A stretch of DNA of 64,000 nucleotides from Caecitellus pseudoparvulus. Lineage: Eukaryota > Protista > Bigyra: Bicosoecida. Where the stretch lies: the NCBI GenBank assembly GCA_965644315.1, contig CBFFRQ010000062.1, forward strand, positions 310,001 to 374,000. The letters run 5' to 3'. The notes below the pieces were generated by a model. That model made no database searches. It was not told where the DNA came from and was given only the letters and a program-made list of their open reading frames with translations. Every line of letters starts with the position of its first letter. Position 1 is the stretch's first letter. A program made the position numbers and the translations under genes. This document shows positions 39,567 through 51,369 of the stretch, piece by piece.

Positions 39567-42500
39567 TCAGTACCCTGCATCCTTCACAAGGGCAAGGTAG
39601 GAGGCGTTTTCATCGGGAGCAGGGCCACCCGCACCCTCTGCCTCCTCCACCTCCAGGTCCCCCTTGCCTGCGAAGCCGCCGTACTGCGTGCCATCCGGTG
39701 CCAGTGCACCCATGCGCACGTCGGGGAGGGGCAAGCCCAGCATGGCGTACATGGTGTCTCGCACGGGGACCACATCCCGCCACTCAGCTGTCCAGGGTGT
39801 GCCGATGAGGTGTGGCGACAACACGCCAGTGCTGCCGGGGGGCGCCCAGGGGAAGTCCTCTCCAGTCAGGGTGGCCTGATACAGACGCGTGGCCATGGTG
39901 TGGCGCACCTTGGGGAAGGGGTGGCCCAGCAGGTCCAGTGCCGTGACCGCAGCGGCGGGTCCCACCGGGTCCGGGAAGGGCATCAGCCCCAGCACCACCC
40001 CTGCGGCGGCCATGACGCGGCGCGGGTCCTTGGAGCGCATGGTTCGGTACCGCAGCAGAGGCAAGGCGTGCAGGGCGAAGGTGTGGTGGGGCGGGCTCAA
40101 CAACAGCAAGGCCTTGGTGCCCAGCAGCACGTCCAGGGTGGTTAGCGTGGGCAGCACCGTCTTTACAGCCACCTTGTACCCCGCCCCCAAGCTGTCGGAT
40201 GCCGGCACCACGGCATCCACGGGAGGGAGGTCCGGTAGAGCCTCCAGCAGTGGAGGGGCAGGGGGCGCCTCCCCCTTCACAGGGGCCGCCGCCCCTCCCT
40301 CCACGGCGGGCTTGGGCCGGTCCCCCCGCAGCATGAAGAGCAGGGCTGCTGTGGCTGCCGCGAGGCTGGCCGTGTCACCCGCCCGGGCACAAGCCCCTGC
40401 CCAGCTGCGCAGGGCAGCTGCAGAGTGCTTGACGACGCTCTCAGACAGGCCCCCCACAGACAGACACAGGCCCTGCATGATGTGGTGGGTGTAAGTGGGC
40501 GTCCCCAGCAGCGGCACCAGGCGAGGGAAGGTGTGGTGTGGCAGGCTGTAGTTCACGGCGACAGGCGGGGCGGTTGCCGTGCCAGTGCCAGCACCAGTTG
40601 CTTGGGGAGTTCCTGCCGAGGCAGCTGGCGCCGGGAAGGCTTCCCGCAGCTGCTGTAGGGCGGGCACGTGGAGGCCCTGTGTGGTGGTGGCGTGTGTCAG
40701 CGTGTCACAGTGCAGCAGGCGGGCCAGGGTGGACCCCGCCACACTGCGCACAACGTCCAGCTTCTCCCCCAGCAGACGCAGCAACGCCGCCACGACGGCT
40801 GTCACGGCGTCAGCATCCAGGAGAGGGGCTGCCGCCGGCGCTGCAGGGGAGGGGGGGCGGGCAGGCAGGGGGGACACGTCGGCACTCGGCAGGACTGCGG
40901 AGCCGTAGGGGAACAGCGGAGCCACACGTGGAGGGAAGGAGACTTCGTACGCAGCTCCCCCCGCCACGGGGTGCAAGGCAGTGCCTGTGCCGTAGGGGGT
41001 CACAACAGGCGTGCCGTCTGGGAGGACAGGCACCTGGGTGGTGACGTTCTGCAACGCAGCAGAGACGATGGAGTCACTGGAGTCACCCCCCCGCTCCCCC
41101 GCCTCGCCAGCCCGGGCTCCGGCGACAGTAAGCCCAGCCAGAGGCGTGGCATTGGTCAGGACTGACCTGTACGTGGGGCTGCCTTGCTGCGCTGCCTGTG
41201 GCGCTGCCAGGGCACACGTTGTGACTCGGTGCAGGGAAGTGATGGCAGCGCGGCGCACCCACGACCCCACGTCGCCACGAGTGTCTGTGGCGTAGTCACG
41301 AGTGCAACGCAGCAGCGTGCGCAAGGTGGGCTTGAGTTCGGCGGGGTGAATGCCTGCCGCATCTGCCGGTGGCACGGCAATGCCCACCCGTGTGATGAGG
41401 GTGCCCAGCGCGCCTGCTGCGTTTCGGCGCGTCTCAGCATCCCGCCGAGAGGGAATGCGCTCCGGGATGCAGGCCTCTCGCAGCGCAGCCAAGCTGGTGC
41501 GCAGCAGGCACTGCATGCCGGTCTGGCCGCCGCCGCCCGCTGCCTCGGCGTCACCCGCAACAAACAGCTGGCGCGGGAGTGCTCCCAGCGCCAGCGCCAT
41601 GCCACGCCGCACAGCCGGGTTGTCGTCCTTTTTCAATTGGTGCAGGGGCTGCAGGAGGGCGTGGCCAAGGACTGACGTGGGGCTGATGCGGCGGGGGGGG
41701 GACCGCAGCAGGGCCTGCAGTGACTCCAGCCCACCCTCAGCCACAATACCAGCCACCTCCTCCCGCAGCGCCCCGCACAGGACAGAGCGCAGGATGGCTG
41801 CCCAGGCTGCTGCAGCGGCCTGTTGGATGTCTTCGTGTGGGTGGCGCAAGCACTCATCGGCTGTGGCCAGCAGGCGTAGTCCCGCCCGCGTGCTCATGGA
41901 GTGCCTGGCCAGGCACTGCACCTCGATGAGGCGGCACGCCGCGCCACGCACCATCTGCCCACCCCTGCCACGGTAGGCGCGAGCTCGCTCAGCACGAGGC
42001 ACTACGTTGCGCACTGCCGTCAGCTGTGCCGCCGTCAGGGTGAAGGGCGCAGCGGCGAGGGCCAGGACAATTTCCGCAGTGGCCAGCATGGCGCCATGCC
42101 GCACAAAGAGGTCAGGCGCCAATGTGCGTGGGATGAGCCACGGCAGAACGTGTGCAGCAAAGTGTTCCGGGTGGTGCTTCACCATGGCCCCCAGGCCCAG
42201 CGCCGACAGCTGCCGCACCTCGGCATCCCAGTGGTGCAATTTACAGTGCAGCAACTCGTCGATGAGGGCGTAGCGGTACTCCGGGAACACAGCCACAGCG
42301 GGTGCCACAGTCAAGTACGCATTGGCTCGGTTGCCCAGTGTGAAGTAGTCCGCACAGGTGAGGATCTCGATGCCGTGCTTGAAGTTTTCGTGGCCTTGGC
42401 GCCCGACGTTTTCTTGAAACGCAGCAGAGGCGGCCCGGCGGCAGTTCACCTCCCTGTCGAAGCAAGCTGCAGCCATCATGCCCCTGGCCAAGTCCATGAC

Positions 42501-44221
42501 GTAGGGCGCCATGACCTGCGGCGCGTAGGCCCGTGCAAAGGCCCACGCCACATAGCAAGCGGCGTCCCGCACATGCGTGCCGATGGAGTGCGCTCCCCGG
42601 CGCACATCGTACGACAGCGCCTGCAGCACCAGGGGCACAGTGGCACCGAGGCGCTCAGGCAACAGCAACCCCCTGCGTGCCAGCTCGGCAGTGGCCAAGC
42701 ACGCACCGTGCCATGCACCGTCTGACTCCGCTGGCACCAGCAGGGAAAGCACTGCCTGCACTACCTCGTCCCCCAGCTCCCAGGGCAGGCGGGCCGTGAT
42801 GCGCCCGACACCCTTCGCGGCACTCCAGCGCACGATGGTGTCCGAGTCACGCAGGCCAGTGAGCAGCATGTCGATGATGTCCTCCACATCCATCGGGATG
42901 TCCACGTCAGCGTCGTCGGCCACCTGCTGCGTTTCAGGTGCCGTCTCACCCGTCCCGCCACCAGCGCCTGCGCCGCTCATGTTGGAGAGCAAGCTGCGTT
43001 TGCCGCGTTGGTAGCGCCAGGGGGCGATTTTGGGCGGCAGGAGTGCCAGGCCAGTGCGCGACGCGAGTTTGACCACCAATTTCCGCACGAGGGCGCTGCT
43101 GAGCAGGCGGTTGACACGCACCGCTGCCCCTGACAGGCTGCCCTGTGCATTCCCAGCGTTGGGATCGCGGTGCACGGTGTGCACGGCTTGCAGGACACTC
43201 TGCAGGACATCCCCCAAGTGCCCCGCCAGCACTTCGCGGTGGCCGGTTTTCGCGACGACGGCGAGAGCTGTGAGGACGCCGGTGAGGGTGAAGGCGGCAT
43301 CTGGGCGCTGGGACACGGCCTGCTCCTGCACGGTGTGTGTGGCCCAGGCAAAGAACTCTGCCAGCCCGCCGGAGTCCATGTCGGGCCTGGACAGCAGGCG
43401 TGCGAGGCAGATGGCGCCGGCATCCCGCACAGGGCCCGGGTCGCTCAGGAAGCCCTTGCAGGCGCCAACGATGCGCTGGACGAGGGAGAGGTGGCCGTGC
43501 CCCCCCTGCCCTGCCGCGGAGGAGTCCACCGTCGTCAGGTCGAAGGGGATGAGCACGAGGATGGACAGCCACATAAGCAGGGTGTACCGGCTCTGCCAGC
43601 TGTCGAAGTCCTCGCTGTCCTGGCAGGCCAGCGCGTGCAGGGCCGGCTCCACGTCGGCCACCTCGTGCGGGAAGAACTTCACCACGCTCTTGTACTTGCG
43701 CGTCTTGCACAGCAGGTACAGCAGCTCGCACTGCTTGTGGAAGAGGCTGCCAGCAGGCAGCAACGCCGGCGCCACAGGCTGGCCAGGGGGTGTCGCCGCC
43801 ACAGCTGCTGCATATGCTGATCGGACCTCTGTCCGGATGCGCCGCATGATTGTGGACACGATGCGTTCCATGAAAGGGTCCAGCAGGTGCGCTTGTTCTT
43901 GGTATTTGTCAAGCTGCGGGGGGGGGGAAGCGGCGACGCCGGTGCTGCAACGGAAAGCACACAACAACGCTCGCGGCAGCCCAGCACCAGCCTGATAGGG
44001 CCATTGAACACGTTCAACCTATACATGATTCCAATGCGTATCTTTCCACCTGCAGGGTGTTCCCATTGAGGGGCTGGCGCCCCTCGTGCAGCACTCACAA
44101 TGCCTGCCGCCCATCCAACGATTTGGTGGGCTTCGCCAATGTCCTGGGTGCCGCTCAGCGCCTCGACGGCCTCAAGGAAGTCTGCCTCCTCCACAAAGAA
44201 GGTGCCCTCCTGCTTGGCCAT
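39567..44221 (-). CDS. TBCD: Tubulin-folding cofactor D, ~1489 aa; join(44221..44099,43913..39567)
   Basis: LDKYQEQAHLLDP, FFPHEVADVEP, DTIVRWSAAKGVGRI, WHGACLATAELARRGLLLP, VRDAACYVAWAFARAY, FDREVNCRRAASAAFQENVGRQG, RGDVGSWVR. The intron is 185 nt, GTGAGT..CCGCAG, phase 0. Confidence 0.96.
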
Positions 44222-44434
44222 GACTAGCAGGTGGTGCAGGTGTGCGTGTCAGCGCCAGGCGCAGGCCAGGCGTGCTGCGGAGCGGAAATTGCTGCTGCTG
44301 CCACTCCGCGAGCCGTTGTGCCGAGCAAAGCAGCGGGGGGGGCAGGAAGGTGCCACTCCGAATCAAGTGCGGGACTGCATTACCAGTGGATGCCCGTCCA
44401 ATACAGCGGAATGTGTGTGCCAGGCCGCTGCGCC

Positions 44435-47400
44435 TCACTGCGCCTCGGCAGCCGAAGCGTGCCCAGTGGCTGCCACAGCTGCCTGCAGCAAAGTCAGCTT
44501 CAGCTTGGGCAGGGCCTGGGAGACAGCGGGCAGCACAGCAGCCAGAGGGCCTTGTCCAGAGGATGCTGCCTTGAGTTCGCCGCGCAAGATGGAGGCGAGG
44601 TCTGCCTTGGCCCACGCGTGTGCCTTGAGCCACTGCGGCGTTTCGTCCTCCTCCTCCTGGTCATCCCACTGTAGCTCATCATCCTCGTCGGGCCAGTCCA
44701 TGATGTGGAACGTGCCCACGTCGCGCACTGTGCCGACATGCTGCATCATGTCACTGAGGGTGGCGATGTCGCTGGCGTCCACGAACGGCGAGTCAGCGTC
44801 GGAGCTGCCTGCGCCTGGAAACGCACCACCCCCACTTCCACCGCCACCACCGGACATCATCACACGCTCCAGCTCATCCTCACCATAGTGCGCGACGAGC
44901 ATGGCGTCACAGAGGCACAAGCCCATTTCCACAGGCAGAGGTACGTGGGGCGCCACCAGGCGTGCCTTGTCCTTGTGGGAGCGTGTGACGTACCGCGCAC
45001 CACCTGCCGCCTGGGCGGGTGGGGCCGCGATGGAAGACTGCACAGTCACGCCAGACAGCACCGCGACGAGGCCGGGCGTGGAGAGCAGGTGCAGGAGGCC
45101 GAGGGAGGCGACGTTGCGGCGCGCTTCGCCCACTGCGAAGGGCATGACGTGCACCCACGCCTTGGCCAGTGCCACAAGAGCGGGCTCCGTGCCAGTGGGC
45201 GTGGCGCCGGCGGTGCGGTCTGCCGCTGCCGCCAACGTATCCCTGAACTCCGGCACAGAGACAGCATTCAGCTGGGTGATGAGGGCGCTGCGGATGGCTT
45301 CGTCTTGCAACGTGCCTGCCAACACCAGGGTGGTGGACACCAGCGGCGTCATGCGTTTCGTTGCGACCAGGCGCAGGGCCAGGGCCTTGATCAGAGCCAC
45401 TGCATCCTCCACACCCACGCCCATGCCCCCCGTCATCAGCGCCATGATGCCGTTGGGCGTGTCTTCCATGACGGTGTCAGACACGGCGGGGTTCATGGCT
45501 GCCAGCAGCGCACGCGCAATGGCAGAGGGGCCTGTCGTGCCGGAGGAGGGGTCGCTCCAGGCGGAGACGGTGCGCGGCAAGTGCTCGGCAAATGACGAAA
45601 TCACAGACACACCTGCCGCGATGGCGTAGGTGCAGTCGGGGGGCGAGCCAGTGACCAGGTTCACGGCTTGCGGAAATAGCTCCATGAGCTTGCCGTGCAA
45701 GGCTGGCGGAACGGCCGAGGCAATGCCAGAGAGCACGTTGCACGCCGTCTCCGCGACGCCAGGTGGGAAGTTCTCCGGGTTGCCGATGATGGAGGCGAGG
45801 GGAGTCAGCAGGCGCTGTGCGAAGGTCGCGACGGCTGTTTCATCCCCGCAGCGCAGCACGCTGCGCATGCAAGGCACCATGACGTCGTGCATGCCAGGGT
45901 TGTTCAGGTGCTGCACCCACAGGGCGACGATGAGTGGGCCCACTCGGCCCTCGTGCGCTGCGGCCACCTCTGGCGCATTGGCCAGCACCGCCTGCAGCGT
46001 CAGCAGCGGCACGTGGCGTGACCCTTCTTCCGCTTCCAACACCATGGCCAGCAGAGGGCCGATGGCCTGCTGGCCCACGTGTGCGACGGTGCTGGCCGGC
46101 ACAGACGCATCACGCTGCAGGCGGCGCATGAAGCGCGTCATGGCGGCGCAGGCTGCCAGCTGCAGGGGCATGGGGTGTGTGGCGTTCATGCCGCCCAGGG
46201 CCGCCGTCAGAAACGCCTCCACCAAATCGCCCGGCACAGCGGCGGCGAAGCGGCCTGCCGCCCACAGCGCCCGTCCCACCACGAACACACGCCCAGTGGA
46301 CAGGTCTTCGCCGGAACACGGCGTGGTGGTGGAGGTGGTGAGGGAGGCGGCACTGCCCCCTGTTGCGCCCAGCGCAGCGGCGTCACTGGTGATGATCTCA
46401 TGCAGCAAGCGGCAGAAGCCAGGCACATCCATGCCCCCGGCAGGCACGCCGTCAGTTGGCGGCAACTTGGCCATGTAGCAGTACTGTGGCCCCAGCGTGC
46501 CCAACATGCTCAGGGCAGCTTCGTGGCACTTCCACGCAGCCTGGGCGCCTTGGCGAGTCACTCCCGCGCCTGGGGCCAGCACGGACAACGCAGCAGAGGC
46601 CAGGGCGGGCAGGGCATCCCCCTCGAATTCGTGGTACGTCTGCCCCACGAAGTCCAGCACGTTCCCCCGCGCGCTGGCGTCGGCGTAACTGTCATCCTCC
46701 TCCGCCGCAACGAACGACTCCGGGTCGGCCAGCCAGTCTTGCACGACGTCAGATGGGATCTGCAGCAGCGGCAGCAGCAGTGAGAAGACGTCCTTGAGGG
46801 ACGCCGCCACGATCTGAGATAGCGGCCGGCACGGCGCCACCAGCAGCATCGTGATCACCGTCGTGCTCTGCATGACCAGTGCCCCCAGCCCCTGGTCAGA
46901 GCCCTCGCTGTCGTAGCCACTGGTGCGGCCGTCCCCCGGCACGATCTCTGCCGCCTCCAGACTGCCCCCCGCCACATCCACCCGCTCGTACACGACGCCC
47001 AGGCGCGCCGTGAAGGCGACCAGGTTCTGCACGAACCCCAGCGCCCCGGCGTTCAGACTGGATGCGAAGTTCTCCAAGATGCAGTACAGCACGCTGAGCA
47101 CCGCGATCTTAACTCGCGAGGCAGATGGGGACCAGAAGCGCGACGCCAGCGGCGCCGCGGCCGCCGACAGCGCAGCCCCCACCAGAGTCTCTGCCACAGA
47201 CACGGCATCGTCGACCCCCGCATGCGCCAAGGGCGCCAGGCCGTCCAGCAACCCGCGAAGCACCACCAGCAACTTGGTGGCAGCCTTGCACTTGAAGACG
47301 GTGTCCAGGCCCTCAGTGCCCTTCCACAGCGCCAGGACACGGGGCAGGATGGCAGAGGTGGCGGCCACCACCTCCGTGGATGGGATGTGCTCTGTGAAGT

Positions 47401-47923
47401 ACATGAGCGTGCGCAGGGCGCCGTCCACCACTGCCGCTTGCATCTCCGGCGCAGACACAGGCGCCTCGCCACCCGCCCAGGACAACAGGGAGTCCAGCAG
47501 GCCAGGCCAGGCGGTGGGCCAGTCGCAGCTGCCGATGTGCGCCACGGCCTGTGCTGTCTGGATGCGCACAAGGGTGTGCCTGCTCAGCAGGCCATTCACA
47601 ATGAGTTCCCGGACGCGGCCTTTTTCCGCATCCGGCACCACGAACTCGGGCTCCCCGTGCCCAGCTGTGCCCGGCATCCAGTGCTTCGACACAGACAGCT
47701 CCCGGAGGAAGATGGCAGCCAAGTTCTGCTGCTGGGCAGTGGCTGCCGAGTCTGTCACGATGGTGGCCATGGCTTCAGCAAAGCCGGCAGTCCCAGACAG
47801 CGACGTCAACGTCGCCTCCACAGCCTTCAGGTCGGGCGGGTTGGGCAGCGCCAGCTGCCCCATGCAGTGGGACACTTGCTGTGCGAGCTGCGGCGGAATG
47901 CCGCCGCCCATGCCTGTCGCCAT
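44435..47923 (-). CDS. IPO9: Importin-9 (karyopherin beta family), ~1162 aa
   Basis: IBN_N-like N-terminus; RELIVNGL...VAHIGSCDWPTAWPGL; WLADPESFVAAEEDD; WKCHEAAL; GRALWAAGRF; acidic C-terminal loop. Confidence 0.85.
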   Translation of the reverse strand: MATGMGGGIPPQLAQQVSHCMGQLALPNPPDLKAVEATLTSLSGTAGFAEAMATIVTDSAATAQQQNLAAIFLRELSVSKHWMPGTAGHGEPEFVVPDAEKGRVRELIVNGLLSRHTLVRIQTAQAVAHIGSCDWPTAWPGLLDSLLSWAGGEAPVSAPEMQAAVVDGALRTLMYFTEHIPSTEVVAATSAILPRVLALWKGTEGLDTVFKCKAATKLLVVLRGLLDGLAPLAHAGVDDAVSVAETLVGAALSAAAAPLASRFWSPSASRVKIAVLSVLYCILENFASSLNAGALGFVQNLVAFTARLGVVYERVDVAGGSLEAAEIVPGDGRTSGYDSEGSDQGLGALVMQSTTVITMLLVAPCRPLSQIVAASLKDVFSLLLPLLQIPSDVVQDWLADPESFVAAEEDDSYADASARGNVLDFVGQTYHEFEGDALPALASAALSVLAPGAGVTRQGAQAAWKCHEAALSMLGTLGPQYCYMAKLPPTDGVPAGGMDVPGFCRLLHEIITSDAAALGATGGSAASLTTSTTTPCSGEDLSTGRVFVVGRALWAAGRFAAAVPGDLVEAFLTAALGGMNATHPMPLQLAACAAMTRFMRRLQRDASVPASTVAHVGQQAIGPLLAMVLEAEEGSRHVPLLTLQAVLANAPEVAAAHEGRVGPLIVALWVQHLNNPGMHDVMVPCMRSVLRCGDETAVATFAQRLLTPLASIIGNPENFPPGVAETACNVLSGIASAVPPALHGKLMELFPQAVNLVTGSPPDCTYAIAAGVSVISSFAEHLPRTVSAWSDPSSGTTGPSAIARALLAAMNPAVSDTVMEDTPNGIMALMTGGMGVGVEDAVALIKALALRLVATKRMTPLVSTTLVLAGTLQDEAIRSALITQLNAVSVPEFRDTLAAAADRTAGATPTGTEPALVALAKAWVHVMPFAVGEARRNVASLGLLHLLSTPGLVAVLSGVTVQSSIAAPPAQAAGGARYVTRSHKDKARLVAPHVPLPVEMGLCLCDAMLVAHYGEDELERVMMSGGGGGSGGGAFPGAGSSDADSPFVDASDIATLSDMMQHVGTVRDVGTFHIMDWPDEDDELQWDDQEEEDETPQWLKAHAWAKADLASILRGELKAASSGQGPLAAVLPAVSQALPKLKLTLLQAAVAATGHASAAEAQ

Positions 47924-48298
47924 GCTGGCGCACGGCTGGAGCACGCTCGGCGAGTTCGGGCTGCGACCAATTTCCGCAGGCCGCCCAGCGCCAGTGCTGG
48001 CTCACCTCTGCAGGCAAGGTCAGGCGGAAGAGGCGGGTAGGTGTTTGAAAGTGCTCGAAGCCGGGTGGCGACCCTGCACCTGCAGGGGCGGAGGCCCCCT
48101 CGACCTTGGGCTGGGGGCATTCCTGCGGCATGCATTCAAGCCTTGGCCAGAGCAGGCGCCAGACGGTGCTGCAGTGGCGCTGCGTGCATGCGGCAGAGAG
48201 TAGACAGGAGAGAGGCTCCCAGCTCCGAACGGGGAGGGGGAGGAGTGAAGGGTGAACTCGGCACGGCACGGGGGGGGGGTAGTGGCAGGGAGGGGGGG

Positions 48299-50836
48299 TC
48301 ACAGGTACGGCATGAGGCTGAGGGCCGTTCCTGGCGGGCAGGGGCGCAGGGACTGCGCCGTGGGGGCTGGGAGGGGTCCCAGACTCACTGCCTGGTGCAG
48401 TTCGGGGTCGGCCGAGCCCGGCGGCGGCAGCGGCATGCCGGCCACCTGCACCGACACCCGCTCCGCCGTGCGGACACTCTGGGCCACCATAGCAGCCATA
48501 CGAGCGCGGCAAGAGGCGTTGAAGCGCTGCAGGGCCTTGGCGATGGCCGCCTCCCGCGCCTCCGCCACACTGGTGGTGGTGCTGGCGCTGCCGGCACTGC
48601 CTGGCCCCCCCTCGCCCCCCACCCCCGGCTGGTCCGCAGTGGACGCTGCGGCAGCGGTGGCTGCCGCCTGGGCCTCAGCCGCCGCCTCCGCTGCGCCCCG
48701 CGCCGCCAGCAGTGCCATGCGGACGTTCACGCGCCAGGGCTCGGAGTCCGGAACACAGCAGGCAGTGGTGACCATGGCCTCCAGGGGGTTCAGGCCGCTC
48801 TGCCGACACACCATGCGCATCTCGGGGGGCAGCTTGGAGGGCTCCGCCAGCACCAGGCGCTCGATGGCGTCCAGCTGCGCAGAGTGGTGGTCCACGCTGT
48901 CCAGGGGGATGGGCGTGTGCGTGGACACGGCGTCCAGAGTGTACGTCGTGCGGCAGAACACGCGGCCGCTGCCAGAGTACCGCTCCAAGTGCGCCACCTG
49001 CAGTGTGTACAGGGGGATGGCGCGCCGGCCGTACAGGGGACTGCTGGCGGGCTGGGGCTGCTCCTCCGGCGCCGCCACTGCGCGGGGCCGGGCGTGGGCC
49101 ACGGGGTCCGCCGGCGGCAGCGCCCGCATCAGGTGGGCTTCGAACATGTAGGTGGCTGCCCCCTGGGCCCGGGCGGCCAGGCCCACCAGGCACCGGCGGA
49201 AGAGGTTGTCGGGGTGCAGGCAGCGGATGTGGTAGGCCATGGAGCCATCCACGTCCGGGCGCATGCCGATCATGCGCCCGTTGGCGGAGTTGAAGCGCAC
49301 CGCTCGCAGGCCGACAGCGGGGTAGTCGTTGCCCTGGTCGGGATACCCGCCGAAGATGGCGAAGGTGGTGGGGGTGACCAGGGCGTCCTGGTGCTCCGCC
49401 ATGATGGCGATGAGGGCGGGGCCCGGGACCGGCTCCTCCCCCCGGCTGAGGTGGAAGACGAAGTCATTGGCCTGCTCCACCGCCGCGCCGGGGGCGGTGT
49501 CGAAGAGCGCCGCCAGGTGGGGCCACTCCCGCAGCAGGAAGCACATGGGCATGGTGCTGGAGCCCACTTCCCCCGGCGGGGACTCCTCGTGCACGACGGA
49601 CATGCCGTCCATGTCCCGTGGCAGGGAGGTGGGGGGCTCGCCGTGGGAGGCAGCGGGGCCACGGCGCGCCCGCTTGGCGGAGCCTGACGCCGGGAGGTAG
49701 TCCCTGGCGGCGTCCACAGTGAGGACGCCCACTGGGGCCATGATGACGGGGTAGCCAGGGGGGCAGTGCACTGTGTCCATGCCCAGCCCCCACGCTGTCA
49801 AGGCCGAGGCCAGGCCAGCCAGCGTGAGGTGCAGACCAGCGGAGCTGCCCAGGGCGCTCTGCAGCTTCGTCGAGGCGCTGAAGGCCTCGCCCAGCATGCC
49901 GCCGGCGCGGTACACCCGTTCCAGGAGCGCCTCCCGCAACCCGGGCGCAGCAGGCTCCAGGAGCCGCAGCGGCAGCGTCCGGGAGTGAGTCAAAAGCCGC
50001 ATGAGGGTCAGGTCGTCCGCGTGCACGATGAGCTTGCGCAGGCGCTCCACCATGCCCTGCACGTCAATGCCTGCTGCTCGTGCGTTGTTTATGAAGTACC
50101 CAGAGTTGTACCGCAGGGACTTGCGGCCTCCGTCCCTCACCGTCGCCAGTTGAGTAGGAGGCGCAGGCTGCGCAGGGGCAGGCGGCCGCGAGGCGCTCTG
50201 CCGCGGCTGCACGTGATTCATGTGATACAGAAGAGGGCCGGCCGTTTGCTCCATCTCCTGCCTACTCCGTACTCGGCCGCCCTCCCGGTGTGGGCCCCCG
50301 TGTGCCGGCGGCATTGCCTGCGTGAGGGGCACGCCTGCGCTGCCGGCCGTGCTGGGCTGCAGCGTTGGGTGGATGGCGTGCGTCGCAAGGGGCAGCGGCG
50401 GGGGGTGGCTCTGTGGCACAGGCTGGGGCAACAACCAGCCTCCACTGCTGTGTGTGCCGTGCTGGCTGCCTTGGGCGTGCTGCGCGGGGAAATGCTCCCC
50501 ACTGCCTGCCACAGCAACTCCGCCACCGTGGCTTGCCGCTTGGAAAGCCGGCAGGCCGCTGCTGGTGCGCTCCGCAGCCATCTCAAACAGGTCGTCCAAA
50601 CTGTCCATGGAGGTGGACCTGGGTGATGCGTTTGGCCGGGTTGTCAGCAGCGCCTCCAGGGAGGACGTGGAGCCAACGCGAGCCAAGCCCTGCCCTGGTG
50701 ACGTAACGCCAAGCGCCCTGCTCATACTGTCCCCCCCGCCAAAGGCGTGGAATGGCGTGCATGGCAGGCCAGGCGACGTCGTGGCCAGGCTTTCCTCGCG
50801 ATGCGCCCCGAATAAGGGGGAGGCGGCTGGCTGCAT
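48299..50836 (-). CDS. Uncharacterised PAS-like domain protein, paralogue A, ~845 aa
   Basis: Long ORF with strong GC3 bias that shares motifs with the two upstream genes. ATG 50836 is preceded by a probable 5'UTR intron (50935-50842, CAG|GTGCGG...CTGAC..CACAG). Confidence 0.8.
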   Translation of the reverse strand: MQPAASPLFGAHREESLATTSPGLPCTPFHAFGGGDSMSRALGVTSPGQGLARVGSTSSLEALLTTRPNASPRSTSMDSLDDLFEMAAERTSSGLPAFQAASHGGGVAVAGSGEHFPAQHAQGSQHGTHSSGGWLLPQPVPQSHPPPLPLATHAIHPTLQPSTAGSAGVPLTQAMPPAHGGPHREGGRVRSRQEMEQTAGPLLYHMNHVQPRQSASRPPAPAQPAPPTQLATVRDGGRKSLRYNSGYFINNARAAGIDVQGMVERLRKLIVHADDLTLMRLLTHSRTLPLRLLEPAAPGLREALLERVYRAGGMLGEAFSASTKLQSALGSSAGLHLTLAGLASALTAWGLGMDTVHCPPGYPVIMAPVGVLTVDAARDYLPASGSAKRARRGPAASHGEPPTSLPRDMDGMSVVHEESPPGEVGSSTMPMCFLLREWPHLAALFDTAPGAAVEQANDFVFHLSRGEEPVPGPALIAIMAEHQDALVTPTTFAIFGGYPDQGNDYPAVGLRAVRFNSANGRMIGMRPDVDGSMAYHIRCLHPDNLFRRCLVGLAARAQGAATYMFEAHLMRALPPADPVAHARPRAVAAPEEQPQPASSPLYGRRAIPLYTLQVAHLERYSGSGRVFCRTTYTLDAVSTHTPIPLDSVDHHSAQLDAIERLVLAEPSKLPPEMRMVCRQSGLNPLEAMVTTACCVPDSEPWRVNVRMALLAARGAAEAAAEAQAAATAAAASTADQPGVGGEGGPGSAGSASTTTSVAEAREAAIAKALQRFNASCRARMAAMVAQSVRTAERVSVQVAGMPLPPPGSADPELHQAVSLGPLPAPTAQSLRPCPPGTALSLMPYL

Positions 50837-51369
50837 GGCTCCTGTGAGGTCAGCAAGCCGTGAATGGTGCCAAGCGCACTGCACTTGGCCCCTGCTTCGC
50901 TGCAGCTCTGCTCCACGGCGCAAGGGGTGCCGCACCTGGTCAGCCAGTGCGCCACAAAACGCCAATGTGGCTGGGAGCACCCGAGGGTGTCCCTCCCCAG
51001 CACGGTGTGCTGGCAATTGCGACGCTGGGCACCGTGCCGCTGCCGGTGCACGAGTTCTGCCTGGCTTGGGAACGGCGGCGCCGAGCTGCCCTTTGCAGGG
51101 AGAAGGCAGCAAGACCCGGAACCACAGAGACGGTGGAGAAGCCACCGGAGCAGGAGAGGCGATGAGGGGCGCGTCGCACGTTGGTTGTGAGCTCTATCGG
51201 ACACTGCGCGGGAAGCGCTGGAGCTTAGCGCCTCGGCATGTAGCACGCCGACGCAGGCGAGGTGGTGGTGGCGGGTGCGGAAACATGGAGGGCTGCATTA
51301 TCATGGATATCGTCATGCTGGGAAACAAGTGCTGGCGGGCGGAGCGCCGCCCCTCAGCGCGCTGCGGCG

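Noticed and set aside
48041-49687. 548-aa plus-strand ORF
   Set aside because: Antisense shadow of GC3-rich paralogue A; G/R/A/H-rich with no motifs.
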